Positions 44,617 to 54,800 of a stretch of DNA of 64,000 nt are shown here, in pieces. How positions within the stretch are numbered: the stretch's first letter is position 1; every line of letters starts with the position of its first letter. The stretch spans positions 10,883 through 74,882 of the forward strand of contig DATBCV010000019.1 of assembly GCA_036270275.1 (NCBI GenBank), given 5' to 3'. The position numbers were made by a program, and so were the translations under genes. The notes under the pieces were generated by a model. It was not told where the DNA came from. It did not search any database and was given only the letters and a program-made list of their open reading frames with translations. Origin of the DNA: Chthoniobacterales bacterium. GTDB lineage: Bacteria; Verrucomicrobiota; Verrucomicrobiia; Chthoniobacterales; UBA10450.

Positions 44617-46485
44617 TTAGATCGACATCTGTTCGTCGGGCGATGCGATTGGCGCTTCTTCCAATTCTTCGTCGCGCTCCGCAACGTCGCGTGGCGATTC
44701 GAGCAAGCTTTGCTCGCACAACCGCGCATATTTTCCACCGTGCGCGATCAATTCCTCGTGCGTGCCGCGTTCAATGATTCGACCGTGCTCAAGCACCAGG
44801 ATCTGATCGGCGTGAATGATGGTCGAAAGTCGATGCGCGATCACGATCGACGTCCGGTTCGCCATTAAATGTTCGAGCGCTTCCTGGATTAATCGCTCGG
44901 TCGCTGTGTCCACGCTCGCGGTCGCCTCGTCCAAAATGAGAATCGGCGGATCTTTCAGCAGCGCCCGCGCAATCGAGAGGCGTTGTTTTTCGCCGACGCT
45001 CAACTTCACCCCGCGCTCGCCCACGACGCTCTCCAATTTTTTTGGCAACCGTTCGATGAATTGTCGCGCGTTCGCAGCGTCCACCGCGCGCCAAATCTCC
45101 GCGTCGGTTGCATCCGGTTTTCCGAACAAAAGATTTTCGCGGACGGTTCCGTTGAAAAGAAAACTCTCCTGCGTCACCACACCGATATTTTCCCTGAGCG
45201 AGCGGATGCTGTATTCGCGAATCTCTTTGTCATCGATAAAAATTTTGCCGTCGTTCTCGGGCAATTCGTAGAAGCGCGGCAGCAAACTCGCCAACGTGGA
45301 TTTTCCCGCGCCCGTGGTGCCGACGAGGGCCACAGTTTGTCCCGGCTGCGCGTGAAACGAGACGTGATCCAAGGCGAGTCGCGCGTCCGCGCTGTAGCTG
45401 AACGTGACATTTTCGTAGCGAACATCGCCGGCAATCGCCGATGTCGATCCTGCGCTCAGCCAGCCCGGCTCGATTGGTTCGTCGATGATTTCGAAAACAC
45501 GTTCGCCAGCAGCGCGGCCTGCTTGCACGAGTTGATTGAGCTGATGCAGCTTACCGACCGGCTCATAAAGATAACCGGTCAGCAAAAGCAACGCACCGAG
45601 CTGGCCGAGCTGCATCGTGCCATCAAGCACTGCGCGAGTGCCGACAAACACCGTGACGATTACCCCGAGCGTCCCGATCAAATACATCGACGGATTGTAC
45701 ATCGCCCACACTTTCATCACGATGAGCGTCGCGCGGCGCAGTTCGTCGCTCACCCGATTGAATCGCCGGTGTTCCTGTTCTTCGCGCGCGAAACTCCGGA
45801 TTTGCCGAATGCCGGAGAGGTTATCGTGCAAGAGTGCGTTCATCGCGGACGATGCGCGCCGTTGCAATCGATAACGGCGATGCGCGGTGAGCGTGTACCA
45901 AAGTGCGCCCGCCGCGAGAAATGGCACCGGGCTGAGCGCAAACAAAGTCAATTTCAGGCTGAAGTAACACATCATCGCAAGCACGAGCACCATTTGCAGC
46001 ACTGCCACGACGCCTTGTTCCACTCCATCGATCAACATTCGCTCCACCGAAGTGACGTCCTCGAGCATTCGCGTCATGAGATCGCCCGTCGCGCGATTGT
46101 CGAACCACTTCAGCGGAAGCAATTGAATGTGCGAGTAAAGATCGCTCCGCAGATCGAAAATGACTTTTTGTTCGAACGTGTTGTTGAGGACCAATCGCAG
46201 CGAATTCAGTCCGTTTTGCAAAAGTGCGGCAAACACGCCGAGTAAAACCAGCGGCATGAGTTTTTCGGGATGGTGCTGCCCGATCACGACATCGAGCACC
46301 TGTTTCGTCACCACCGGAAAAACATAGACCATCAATGTTGAGCCGATCGCGCAGGCGAGCATTCCGATCGCCAGGGCTGGATAGCGTTTCAAATAACGAA
46401 AGACGCGCCAAACGATTTTCATGTCGCGCTTGCCCGTCGGCGCGTCGGCCGAGCCGGCCGCGTGACTTCCGTGAAATCCGCCCAT
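44617..46485 (-). CDS. ABC exporter, fused permease/ATPase (MsbA-like)
   Basis: Six TM helices are followed by Walker A GTTGAGKST, the signature LSVGEKQR and Walker B ILILDEATS. The real start may be MKIVWRV at 46422. Confidence 0.9.
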   Translation of the reverse strand: MGGFHGSHAAGSADAPTGKRDMKIVWRVFRYLKRYPALAIGMLACAIGSTLMVYVFPVVTKQVLDVVIGQHHPEKLMPLVLLGVFAALLQNGLNSLRLVLNNTFEQKVIFDLRSDLYSHIQLLPLKWFDNRATGDLMTRMLEDVTSVERMLIDGVEQGVVAVLQMVLVLAMMCYFSLKLTLFALSPVPFLAAGALWYTLTAHRRYRLQRRASSAMNALLHDNLSGIRQIRSFAREEQEHRRFNRVSDELRRATLIVMKVWAMYNPSMYLIGTLGVIVTVFVGTRAVLDGTMQLGQLGALLLLTGYLYEPVGKLHQLNQLVQAGRAAGERVFEIIDEPIEPGWLSAGSTSAIAGDVRYENVTFSYSADARLALDHVSFHAQPGQTVALVGTTGAGKSTLASLLPRFYELPENDGKIFIDDKEIREYSIRSLRENIGVVTQESFLFNGTVRENLLFGKPDATDAEIWRAVDAANARQFIERLPKKLESVVGERGVKLSVGEKQRLSIARALLKDPPILILDEATASVDTATERLIQEALEHLMANRTSIVIAHRLSTIIHADQILVLEHGRIIERGTHEELIAHGGKYARLCEQSLLESPRDVAERDEELEEAPIASPDEQMSI

Positions 46486-46488
46486 CCC

Positions 46489-47400
46489 CTAACTTACACG
46501 CGAATCGCTCCCGCGGCCGCGGGATTTATGTCGATCTTTGAAAGTCAGCTCGGCGATGCCTGATTTGTCCAACTCGCCCAAGCCTTCCGCGATCATCCGC
46601 TCGTATTGTTGCTTCGTCGCGCGCGCCAGTGGCAATTCTAAGCCAAGCTGACGCGCGAGCTCGAGCGCGATGCCGCTGTCTTTCGCCGCGTGCCCCGCCG
46701 AAAAGAAAGGAGTGTGCTCGCGGTTTTGCATGTCTTCGCCGTCGGTTTCGAGCACGCGCGAGTTCGCGCCGGTCTGCGCGAAAACTTCTCGAAGCATTTT
46801 CAAATCGAGACCGAGCGCGGCACCGAGGCCGAGTCCTTCGGCCAGGCCCGCGGTGTTGATATTCATCACCATGTTGACCAACGCTTTCACTTTGGCCGCC
46901 TCGCCCGCTTTGCCGATGAATCGAAGACTCGCGGCGAGCTCTTTCAAAATCGGTTCGGCTTTGCGAAACGCTTTCTCGCTTCCACCGCACATCAAATAAA
47001 GTTTTCCTTCGCGCGCCTGCGTGATGCTCGACGCCATGCAAGCCTCGAGCGATTCCGCGCCGGCTTCTTTTGCCAGCTTTTCAACATCGACATGCACTTG
47101 CGGCGAAATCGTCGCGCAATTGATGAAAAGTTTTCCGCGCGCGTTCTTCAGCAGATTATCGCCGCTTCCCGAAAAAATTTGGCGCATCGCATTGTCGTCA
47201 GTGACAACGGTGAAGATGATGTCCGACTCCGCAGTAACCTCCGACAAATCCTGGGCCGCCGCGCAACCGAGCTCGCCCGCCAAATCCGTCGCCGCTTTTC
47301 GATTCGAATCGTAGACCGCGGTCACGTGGAAACCGCGTTCCTTCAAACGGCGCGCCATATTCGCGCCCATTCGACCGACTCCGACAAAACCAACGTTCAT
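46489..47400 (-). CDS. NAD(P)-dependent 3-hydroxyisobutyrate dehydrogenase-family oxidoreductase
   Basis: 303 aa with the GFVGVGRMGANMA Rossmann motif and an HIBADH-type core. Confidence 0.85.
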   Translation of the reverse strand: MNVGFVGVGRMGANMARRLKERGFHVTAVYDSNRKAATDLAGELGCAAAQDLSEVTAESDIIFTVVTDDNAMRQIFSGSGDNLLKNARGKLFINCATISPQVHVDVEKLAKEAGAESLEACMASSITQAREGKLYLMCGGSEKAFRKAEPILKELAASLRFIGKAGEAAKVKALVNMVMNINTAGLAEGLGLGAALGLDLKMLREVFAQTGANSRVLETDGEDMQNREHTPFFSAGHAAKDSGIALELARQLGLELPLARATKQQYERMIAEGLGELDKSGIAELTFKDRHKSRGRGSDSRVS

Positions 47401-47412
47401 GATGCAATCTCC

Positions 47413-49410
47413 TCAGCCGCGCTTGACTTGCCAGTCTTCGACCAGCTTGTTCGGAATTTCTTTCAAGAACCGCGATGGCCGCTGAAAAACGTCGCCGTAA
47501 CCGCCGGTCAATCGCATGTGCGGATAAGTGAGATAAAGCTCGTCCTTCGCTCGCGTGATCGCGACGTAAAACAAACGCCGCTCTTCTTCCAAGTCCTTGC
47601 GATTGTCCATCGAGCGGCTGCTCGGAAACATTCCGTCGGTTAGCCAAATGACAAAGACGGTGTGAAACTCGAGCCCTTTCGCTTGATGAACGGTGGAAAG
47701 GTTCACCGCTTCTTTGTCGGCGTTTTGATTTGGCGCCGCTTCGGCGTCGACGTTGCTGATGAGCGCGAGCTGCGATAGAAATTCGTTCAAATCCTTGAAT
47801 TGGCGCGCAAACGCAGCGAGCTGAGTCAAATCTTCTTTGCGCAATTCGTAATTCGTAAAGTTCACCTTCGCGTAATCATCATAGATCGCTTCCACGACCG
47901 AGGTGATCATTTCCGACGGCGGATTCGGCTGACCGCCCGGCGCGATTTCATCCAAGGTGTGAGCGAGCTGCGCCCAATGTTTCTTCGATTTCGCGCTCAC
48001 GTTCATTGGAAGTAATCGCTCGCTCCACGACGTGATCTCGCCCCGCTCGTTCAATAATTGGTCCCACGCGTTCCAAAGATTTTCCGCACTCCGGTTTCCA
48101 ATTCCCGGCAACAATTTCACCATTCGCTTGAACGCTACCTCGTCGCGCGGGTTCGCGACCAGGCGCAAAAACGAAACAACATCTTTAATGTGTGCCTGCT
48201 CGAAAAATCGAATCCCGCTCGTGATTTGATACGGAATTCCGCGGCGCGAAAGTTCGAGCTGCAACTCAAGCGCGTGATAATGCGCGCGGTAAAGCACCGC
48301 GATCTCGTTTAGATCGACATTTTCATCGCGCAGCTCGAGGATTCGTTGCGCCACAAACTGCGCTTGTTCGCTGCCGTCATTCAACGCGACAATCGCCGGC
48401 TTGGCCGAGTTCGATCCGCGCACCGGCTGCAGATTTTTTTTGAATTGGTCAACGTTCGCCGTGATCGCCGCGTTCGCGACGGTCAAAATCTCCGGCACGC
48501 TCCGATAATTCATCTCGATCTTAAAAACCTGCGCGTCCGGATAACGTTTCGGAAATTCGAGAATGTTTTGGAAATTCGCGCCGCGCCACGAATAAATGGA
48601 CTGCGCGTCGTCGCCCACGACCATCAAATTACGACTCTCGCGCGCGAGCAGGTCGATGAAATCCGCCTGGATCTTGTTCGTGTCCTGATATTCGTCGACG
48701 AGGATGAATTGAAATTGCCGGCGATAAACCTGCGCGATGTGCTCGTGCTTTTGCAACATCGTGAGCGTCTTTTCGAGCAGATCGTCGAAATCGACCGAAT
48801 TCGTCGCCTTCTTCTTTTTTTCGTAGCGGACGTGAACGTCCTGAATTTTTTCGAGCAACGGCAGGAAATAGGGAAACTTCGTGGCGAGTAATTCTTCGAG
48901 CGGCGTCTCGGTGTTCACCACGAAACTGAACAACTCCGCCAGCACGTCGCCTTTTGGAAATCGGATTTCTTTCGGATCGATACCCGCGCTTGCGACCACA
49001 GTGTTGATCAAATCCTTTTGATCTTCGCGGTCCATGATACTGAAACCGCTGTTGTATCCAAGCGCGCTGCCGTGCCGGCGCAGCATCCGGTTGCCGACCG
49101 AATGAAATGTCCCGCCCCAAATTCCGCTCGCGTCGATCGGCAATAAATTCGTGACCCTCTCGAGCATTTGTCGCGCGGCTTTGTTCGTGAACGTGAGCAG
49201 CAAAATATTGCGTGGATCGATTCCGTTCTCGAGCAAGTAGGCGACGCGATAAGTCAGCGTCCGCGTTTTTCCCGAGCCCGCGCCGGCGATAATCAATTGC
49301 GGTCCCGGCGGCGCGGTCACGGCCGCGAGCTGCTGTTCGTTCAGCTCCGCGGCGTAATCGATGTGGATCGATGTCGATCTTGCGCTATGCAGCGTGTATT
49401 GACGGGACAC
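47413..49410 (-). CDS. ATP-dependent DNA helicase, UvrD/PcrA/Rep family
   Basis: 665 aa with AGAGSGKT, DEYQDTN and VHQAKGLEF motifs. Confidence 0.9.
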   Translation of the reverse strand: MSRQYTLHSARSTSIHIDYAAELNEQQLAAVTAPPGPQLIIAGAGSGKTRTLTYRVAYLLENGIDPRNILLLTFTNKAARQMLERVTNLLPIDASGIWGGTFHSVGNRMLRRHGSALGYNSGFSIMDREDQKDLINTVVASAGIDPKEIRFPKGDVLAELFSFVVNTETPLEELLATKFPYFLPLLEKIQDVHVRYEKKKKATNSVDFDDLLEKTLTMLQKHEHIAQVYRRQFQFILVDEYQDTNKIQADFIDLLARESRNLMVVGDDAQSIYSWRGANFQNILEFPKRYPDAQVFKIEMNYRSVPEILTVANAAITANVDQFKKNLQPVRGSNSAKPAIVALNDGSEQAQFVAQRILELRDENVDLNEIAVLYRAHYHALELQLELSRRGIPYQITSGIRFFEQAHIKDVVSFLRLVANPRDEVAFKRMVKLLPGIGNRSAENLWNAWDQLLNERGEITSWSERLLPMNVSAKSKKHWAQLAHTLDEIAPGGQPNPPSEMITSVVEAIYDDYAKVNFTNYELRKEDLTQLAAFARQFKDLNEFLSQLALISNVDAEAAPNQNADKEAVNLSTVHQAKGLEFHTVFVIWLTDGMFPSSRSMDNRKDLEEERRLFYVAITRAKDELYLTYPHMRLTGGYGDVFQRPSRFLKEIPNKLVEDWQVKRG

Positions 49411-49417
49411 ATGTTAT

Positions 49418-49442
49418 CTGTAGCGGCGGTCTCTGACCGTCG
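49418..49442 (+). repeat. CTGTAG-hairpin repeat copy
   Basis: This 25-mer is identical to 4970-4994. It lies between the helicase start and the pbpC stop. Confidence 0.85.
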
Positions 49443-49446
49443 CAAT

Positions 49447-51804
49447 TCAATGCACAACCACGTTGCACGAACTCGCGCGGCCATGATCATCAAGTGCCGT
49501 CAATTCGTAATCGCCGGCGTGCGTGTCCCAGCCCAGAAACTCATTCGGTTCCGCCTGGCCGATGAACTTTTTCCCGGCGAACCAATAAACTTTCCGGACG
49601 TCGCCATCCACTTTCGCCCGCAGCGGAATGGATTTCGCCGATGCGAGAAGAATTTCTTTCCCCGCCGGCGAAACGATCCGCGGACTGCGACCGGTGCGAC
49701 CGATGAGCTCGCTTGCCATTTCCGGCAAAAACGGCGGCGGCGTTTTGCGGGGCACGCCCGCCTGCTCGAACAGTTTCAAAATGTCCCCAGGCCAAAATTC
49801 GTAAACCTCGCGGCGCAATTCGCGCGTGCCGTCATCGATCGGCACTCGCAAGCCGCTCGCGCGGTCGACCAATACTTCGCGGTGCACATCGCAAGTTTTG
49901 ATCGGCGACATTCCGGGAATGAACCAGCCTTCGACGCGTTGCGTGCAATGCTCGTTCGGTAAATCGCCAGACAGCGCGCAGAATTCGACCCGCTTTAAAT
50001 TCGCGCCCGGTGGCGGAAGATGCGGCGTGTTCGGTTCGGGCCAGCTCGCGCGCAAATTGTCGACGATTTGAAACAACAGCGGCGCGGCCGCGGTGCGTCC
50101 GACAAAGGCAGGGTTTGCGCGTCCATCGAAATTCCCGACCCAGACTCCCAGCACGTAATGATCAAAGACCGCAATCGACCATGCGTCGCGAAATCCGTGC
50201 GACGTTCCCGTTTTCCAAAAAACCGGCGCGCTGCGATTACCGTCCGCGCAATTCATTTCCGGCCGCGGAACATTGCCGAGCATTTCCAAAGTGAGAAACG
50301 CCGCTTCCGGCGAAAGAATCTTCTTCGGTTGCGGAATCGATTCGCTCTTTGTGAACCGCAGCGGGCGCAGATCGCCGTTGTTCGCGAGCGCGGCGTAAAG
50401 TTTCACGAGGTCCTGCATCGAAACTTCCGCGCCACCGAGCGGAAGCGCGAGTCCGTAAAAAGATTCGGCTTTTGGCAATCGAACGCCTGACGTTTTGAGA
50501 AATTGATAAAGCGTCGGATGCGCGAGACGCGACGTCAGCTCGACCGCCGGAACGTTGCGGCTCCGCGTGAGCGCGTCGCAAGCGCGAATCGGCCCGAGAA
50601 ATTCGCGATCGAAATTTTCCGGATTGTATTCGCCGAAACTGCGCGGCGCATCGGCGAGGATCGACAATGGATGAATCAACCCCTGCTCGAGCGCGAGCGC
50701 GTACACGAAAGGCTTTAATGTTGAACCCGGCGATCGCAGCATTCGCGTTCCATCGACCTGGCCGTTGATGTCGATCTTGTCGAAATCGGCCGAGCCAACT
50801 TGCGCGAGCACCTCCATCGTGCGCGTGTCGACGAGCATCGCGGCGGCGTTTTCAATTCCGCGGTTGCGACTCCAGGCAACGTAGTCGGTAATTCTTCGCT
50901 CGATCGACCGCTGCTTCTCCAAGTCGAGCGTTGTTACGATTTCCTCGCGACCGTGTGACGTTTCCAGCAGCTGTTGCACGAAATGCGGCGCGAGAAGTTT
51001 GCCGTCGCGCTGTATCCGCGCACGAAATTCGCGCCCGGAAAAATCGCGCGCCTCAGAGATGCGGCTGCGATCGTACCAATTCGATTGCGCTTGATTGACC
51101 GAACGGTTATCGCGCTCCGCGAAGAGCGCGCGACGGCTTGGGCTTTGCGGAATCACGCCGAGCGCGACCGATTCGGGCCCGGTCAACTGCGCAGCCGGTT
51201 TATCAAAATAAATCAAACTCGCCGCGCCGATCCCTTCGATGTTCCGGCCGTAGGGCGCGAGATTCAGATACGCTTCGAGGATTTCATCTTTCGAATAGTG
51301 CCGCTCCAATTCGAGCGCGCGCAGAATTTGTTGGAGCTTTCCGGGAATCGTTCGCGTGTGCAGATGAAATCGCAGCCGCGCGAGCTGCATCGTGATCGTC
51401 GATCCACCCGCGGTTGCGCGTTGAAACCGAACGACATCAATCGCGCAACGCACGAGCGCGATCGGATTTACGCCCGGATGCTTCGAGTAGTATTTGTCTT
51501 CGTAGCGCAGGGTCGCGTCGATCAGGTCCGGCGAGATTTTCTGAAGCGGCGTCCACATTCTGAACTTCTGATCGCTGCTAAGCGCAACGCGCAGTAATTT
51601 TCCGTTTCGATCGCGCACGATTTGCGAAAACGAGATTCCGTCGACCAGGGGCGGCTTTGGAAGAAAATACCACACGAACCACGCCGTCATCCCGAGCAGA
51701 GCGAGGGATCTCACCCACGGAGCGCGGACCACACAATATAATTTGTGCGCTCCATCACCCTTTGAGCGATCCCTCACTTCGTTCGGGATGACACGCGTTT
51801 TCAT
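49447..51804 (-). CDS. pbpC: penicillin-binding protein 1C (class A PBP)
   Basis: GT51 motifs RYEDKYYSKHPGVNP and GGSTITMQLAR are present, with transpeptidase motifs STLK and KTGTS. The gene lies next to alpha-2-macroglobulin. The true start is probably downstream of 51804, because the first 35-40 codons run through a palindromic repeat. Confidence 0.9.
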   Translation of the reverse strand: MKTRVIPNEVRDRSKGDGAHKLYCVVRAPWVRSLALLGMTAWFVWYFLPKPPLVDGISFSQIVRDRNGKLLRVALSSDQKFRMWTPLQKISPDLIDATLRYEDKYYSKHPGVNPIALVRCAIDVVRFQRATAGGSTITMQLARLRFHLHTRTIPGKLQQILRALELERHYSKDEILEAYLNLAPYGRNIEGIGAASLIYFDKPAAQLTGPESVALGVIPQSPSRRALFAERDNRSVNQAQSNWYDRSRISEARDFSGREFRARIQRDGKLLAPHFVQQLLETSHGREEIVTTLDLEKQRSIERRITDYVAWSRNRGIENAAAMLVDTRTMEVLAQVGSADFDKIDINGQVDGTRMLRSPGSTLKPFVYALALEQGLIHPLSILADAPRSFGEYNPENFDREFLGPIRACDALTRSRNVPAVELTSRLAHPTLYQFLKTSGVRLPKAESFYGLALPLGGAEVSMQDLVKLYAALANNGDLRPLRFTKSESIPQPKKILSPEAAFLTLEMLGNVPRPEMNCADGNRSAPVFWKTGTSHGFRDAWSIAVFDHYVLGVWVGNFDGRANPAFVGRTAAAPLLFQIVDNLRASWPEPNTPHLPPPGANLKRVEFCALSGDLPNEHCTQRVEGWFIPGMSPIKTCDVHREVLVDRASGLRVPIDDGTRELRREVYEFWPGDILKLFEQAGVPRKTPPPFLPEMASELIGRTGRSPRIVSPAGKEILLASAKSIPLRAKVDGDVRKVYWFAGKKFIGQAEPNEFLGWDTHAGDYELTALDDHGRASSCNVVVH
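51686..51792. repeat. 107-nt palindromic intergenic element with 25-nt terminal inverted repeats
   Basis: The arm gtcatcccgagcagagcgagggatc (51686-51710) faces gatccctcacttcgttcgggatgac (51768-51792). An inner palindrome is ggagcgc...gcgctcc. Confidence 0.75.
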
Positions 51805-51821
51805 TTTGCGCTACGAGGCCG

Positions 51822-54800
51822 TCATTCCGTCACGGTGATTTTACCGCCAATGCCGCGGCCTTTGAGGTTGCGATCGTACATCGATTGCGCGAACACGGGC
51901 GGGACGATGAAGTTTCCGCGGTTGTCCGACTTGATTTGGTAATCGATTTCGAGCGCATTGGTCGGCGCGGTCACAAAGAACACTGCGCGATCTTCGCGGA
52001 CGTCCACATAATCGACGCCCGGCGTGGACCCGGTCCCGGTGTGGATCGACGAATCCACCACTTCGAATCCGCCCGGCAAAAGATCGACAATCGCCACGTT
52101 CGTGATCGGCTCGCGATTCAAGCTGCGCACATGAATGCGGACGTGCAGTTGTTCGCCGAGTTTCGTGCGCGACGCAGCTTCACTATTCTTGCCGAGAACT
52201 TCGCGATAAACTTCCAGGCCGTTCTTGAGCGCTTCGTTCGGAACATTTCGGTCGAATCCTGCTTCAACGATTTGGAAGAACGCGCCCGGTCCGGTCAATC
52301 GTTGCGCGGAGTTAAAACGAACGCCTCTCGCTTTGTCCGTCAGATCGGCGCGCAACAGCGCTTTCGTTCCATTCACCAAACGGGTTTCAATTTTATCTTT
52401 GTGGAGCTCGCTGATCGAAAGCTCGAGCGGATGTTGGGCGATCGCGTGGGAGTAAGCTTTCAGAGCGCGCACGGCATACGCGGACGAGAGCGTGTTAAAT
52501 TCGCCGTCGCCGATCGGTCTCAGAATGTTTTGGAATTGCTCGGGTGAAATCTTGCGCAGCCGCGCGGGGAATTCGCGCGCGGTCACAGCGATGTATTGCG
52601 AATTCGTTCCGAGCGGCTGGCAAAAATCCCAGCGCTCAATCATTTTGTTATCGGCGATTTTGTAATTGTCGATCAAGCGCTCGGCGTCAGCGTCCTTGTG
52701 GAGCAGGTGCAGCGCGCCGGCGAGATAAACGGCGGTGATATCGCGCAGCCATTCCTCTTTGCGGTTTTTCTCGAGCCAATCGCGAAGATTCAAAATATAA
52801 TTGGTCGTGATGACGCCTTCGCGCGTCAGTGTGTAGATCGAATAGGCGAGCGTGCGTGTGTCGTTCAAGTCTTGCGGTGTGCGCGCCACAATCTTTTGTA
52901 AATTGCGCAGACCGTTCGCGAACATCTCCTGCGGCGGCACGAACCCGCTCGCTTTCGATTCGCTCAAGAAATCCATCACGTAAGCCGAAACGAAGCTGAT
53001 GTGCTCGCCATTTTCCGGCGCCCAATATCCGAACGCGCCCTGATCGTTTTGGCGACGCGCCAAAATTCCGAAGGTGTGTTCGAGTTGCTTGTTAATCTCG
53101 GCGCGGCTCAAACCAAAATCGGCTTCGTCGGCGAGCATCAACCGGCAAAATGCGCCGCTTGTGATTTGTTCGCTGCAACCGTAAGGAAAATCTTTCAAGT
53201 AAGCATCAAGCCCGCGCGCGAGGCCGAGCGGCACAGCCGAAACGCTCGCCTCGAGCTTGCGAAACTCCGGATGCATCTCCCGCGTGAGCTTGATGTCGAT
53301 CTTGTCCTTGAAACTTCCGCTGTGGATTTCAGTCATGTAGGGCGCGGGCGGCCGGACACTCAATGTCGCGCGACGTTTTGTTTCGTGGCCGTTCGCTTTC
53401 GCAAAAAACGAAATTTCGCCGGAACCGAGTTTTTCGTTCGCGCGGAATTTGAAGATCGCGGTCTGCTCGCGCCCTTCCGCGATGCGCAATGTCTGCGTGG
53501 AGCCGCTAACGATCGATAATCGATCATTCGGTTGCGCGCGGAGCTCGACTTCCGCGTTTTGTCCGGAACCTTCGACGTTATTCGCGATGGTTACGCCGGT
53601 TTCAAACTCATCGCCCGGCGCGGCGAGCACCGGCACGCTTGGCGTGATGACGAACGGTCCGCGAATTAACGATTCGCGTTCGTTCGAGCCGACGGTGTCG
53701 TTCGCAATCGCGACCGCCATGATTTTCAATGTGCCGTCGAAATAATCCGGCACGTCATAGACGATTTCGCGCGCGGTTGTGTCGGAATCGAGAATGCCCG
53801 ACCAAAACACGACCGGCTTTTCGGTGACGCGCTTGAAGGGATTCAGCTTTTGGATGTCGCCGCCGCCGCCGTAAGCCGAGACCGAGCGCAGAAGCGAGAA
53901 CTCGGGAATGATAAGATCGACAATCTGCGAAGTCTCGACGCGCAGCGTGCATTTGCGGAAATAAAACGCGAGCGGGTCTGGCGTTTTGTAATTCGTGACT
54001 TGAAGAATTCCCTGATCGACAGCGAAGATGACAATCTTGCTGGGCCGGTCGGATTTGTAACTGATGCGCAACGGTTCGCCCGGCTTTGCGGTTGCGAGCG
54101 CTTTCACGTCCAGGACGAGCCGGCGTTTTTCTTTGTTCGCGGTGAAAGGAACGACGCCATAGCTGAGCGGGCTGACGAAAATTTCCTTGGAATCGAGCGC
54201 GCGCACGAACGCGACATTGACGTAACCGCTGCCCTCGAAATTTTCCGGGACGCGGATGTGTTGAACGCTGCTCGCGCTGTTCGCTTGAAACCATTGCTGC
54301 GCATAAACGTGGTCGCGCTCGATTGTGATCAAGCCGCTGCCGGCATATGGCGCGGTGATGCTGACCGCAATTTCGTCGCCGCTGTTGTATTGCTCGCGAT
54401 CGAGCTTGACCTGCAGCTCCGAATTTTTCTCAAGCGATTTCGAGACTGCGCCGTGGCCGACAACGGAGAATTGGACTTTGGCCAAACGGCGATCTTGATC
54501 GTCGCGCAATTCGAAAATATAATTGCCGGGTTCATTTGTCGGCAGGTCGTACTTGGAACCATTCGCCGCGACCGAAATCTTTTCCGATTTGGTCGTGCGC
54601 TCTTTAAGGACCGACTCGTAAGCGAACTTGCCGCTTTCCTGTTTCGTCAAAACCGAAACGTATTCTTGCGCGATGACGTTTGCGGTCACGTTGCCGAGCG
54701 CGATCCGATTCAATTGCGGATCGACCGCGACAAGATCGACAACGCGCGTTTTGTTCGTGTCAATGTAACGCAAATCGCCGTCGGCTTTGCAGCCGATGAC

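Noticed and set aside
44983-46245. 420-aa plus-strand ORF
   Set aside because: It is antisense to the well-supported ABC exporter gene. Its Arg/His-rich, low-complexity translation is typical of the reverse frame of a GC-rich gene.
46690-47643. 317-aa plus-strand ORF
   Set aside because: It is antisense to the dehydrogenase gene and the helicase 3' end, with no motifs.
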